Assembly: GCF_006345805.1 (NCBI RefSeq)
Contig: NW_021833438.1
Coordinates: 1 to 64,000, forward strand
Direction of reading: 5' to 3'
Length of the DNA: 64,000 nt
Source: Octopus sinensis
Taxonomy: Eukaryota
Shown here piece by piece: positions 63,929 through 64,000 of this stretch. Every line of letters starts with the position of its first letter. Positions within the stretch are counted from its first letter, which is position 1. The position numbers and the translations under genes are program-made. The notes below the pieces were generated by a model. The model was given only the letters and a program-made list of their open reading frames with translations, did no database searches and was not told the origin of the DNA.

Positions 63929-63933
<5 letters not shown>
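63411..63933. mobile_element. Inverted (fold-back) Penelope-like element with central hammerhead-like motif
   Basis: Arms 63411-63600 and 63736-63933; rc ATGATGA agcc..(long stem II)..ggct GAA ACAGCTGT A agata at 63617-63735. Confidence 0.75.
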
Positions 63934-63977
<44 letters not shown>

Positions 63978-64000
63978 TATATATACACATGAGCAAAATG

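Overview
This is eukaryotic, AT-rich, repeat-saturated DNA with no intact host protein-coding gene, rRNA, true tRNA gene or CRISPR array that I can support. The SINE families and microsatellite load resemble an octopus or other cephalopod genome (inference from recalled repeat sequences, not a search). Nearly all supplied ORFs are artefacts of microsatellites, tandem repeats or SINEs. Real but decayed coding remnants are: an RTE LINE 3' end (26.7-27.3 kb), a second RTE fragment (52.1 kb), a Tc1 transposon (42.2-44.2 kb), several R4/Dong-like RLE LINE 3' ends (largest 61.9-63.2 kb), and Penelope RT (58.3-58.7 kb) and GIY-YIG (36.7-36.9 kb) fragments. The non-coding repeats are at least four tRNA-headed SINE families, a (GAT)n-tailed element family, non-autonomous Helitrons, and GG-ended MITEs with 8-bp target-site duplications (TSDs). 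The most interesting signal is about 14 minimal type-I hammerhead-ribozyme-like motifs (CUGANGA..GAAA, short stem I, palindromic stem III) in several short, mostly (TA)n-embedded Penelope-like element families. Some have intact cores (18371-18443, 26085-26157), some share non-canonical cores across copies, and one ribozyme-less copy begins at the predicted cleavage site. Other highlights are a fresh ~20 x 62-bp tandem array inside a retroelement, SINE concatemers inserted under single TSDs, MITEs carrying telomere-like repeats, and head-to-tail Helitrons. All folds and alignments were done by eye, and element boundaries are approximate unless a TSD is quoted.
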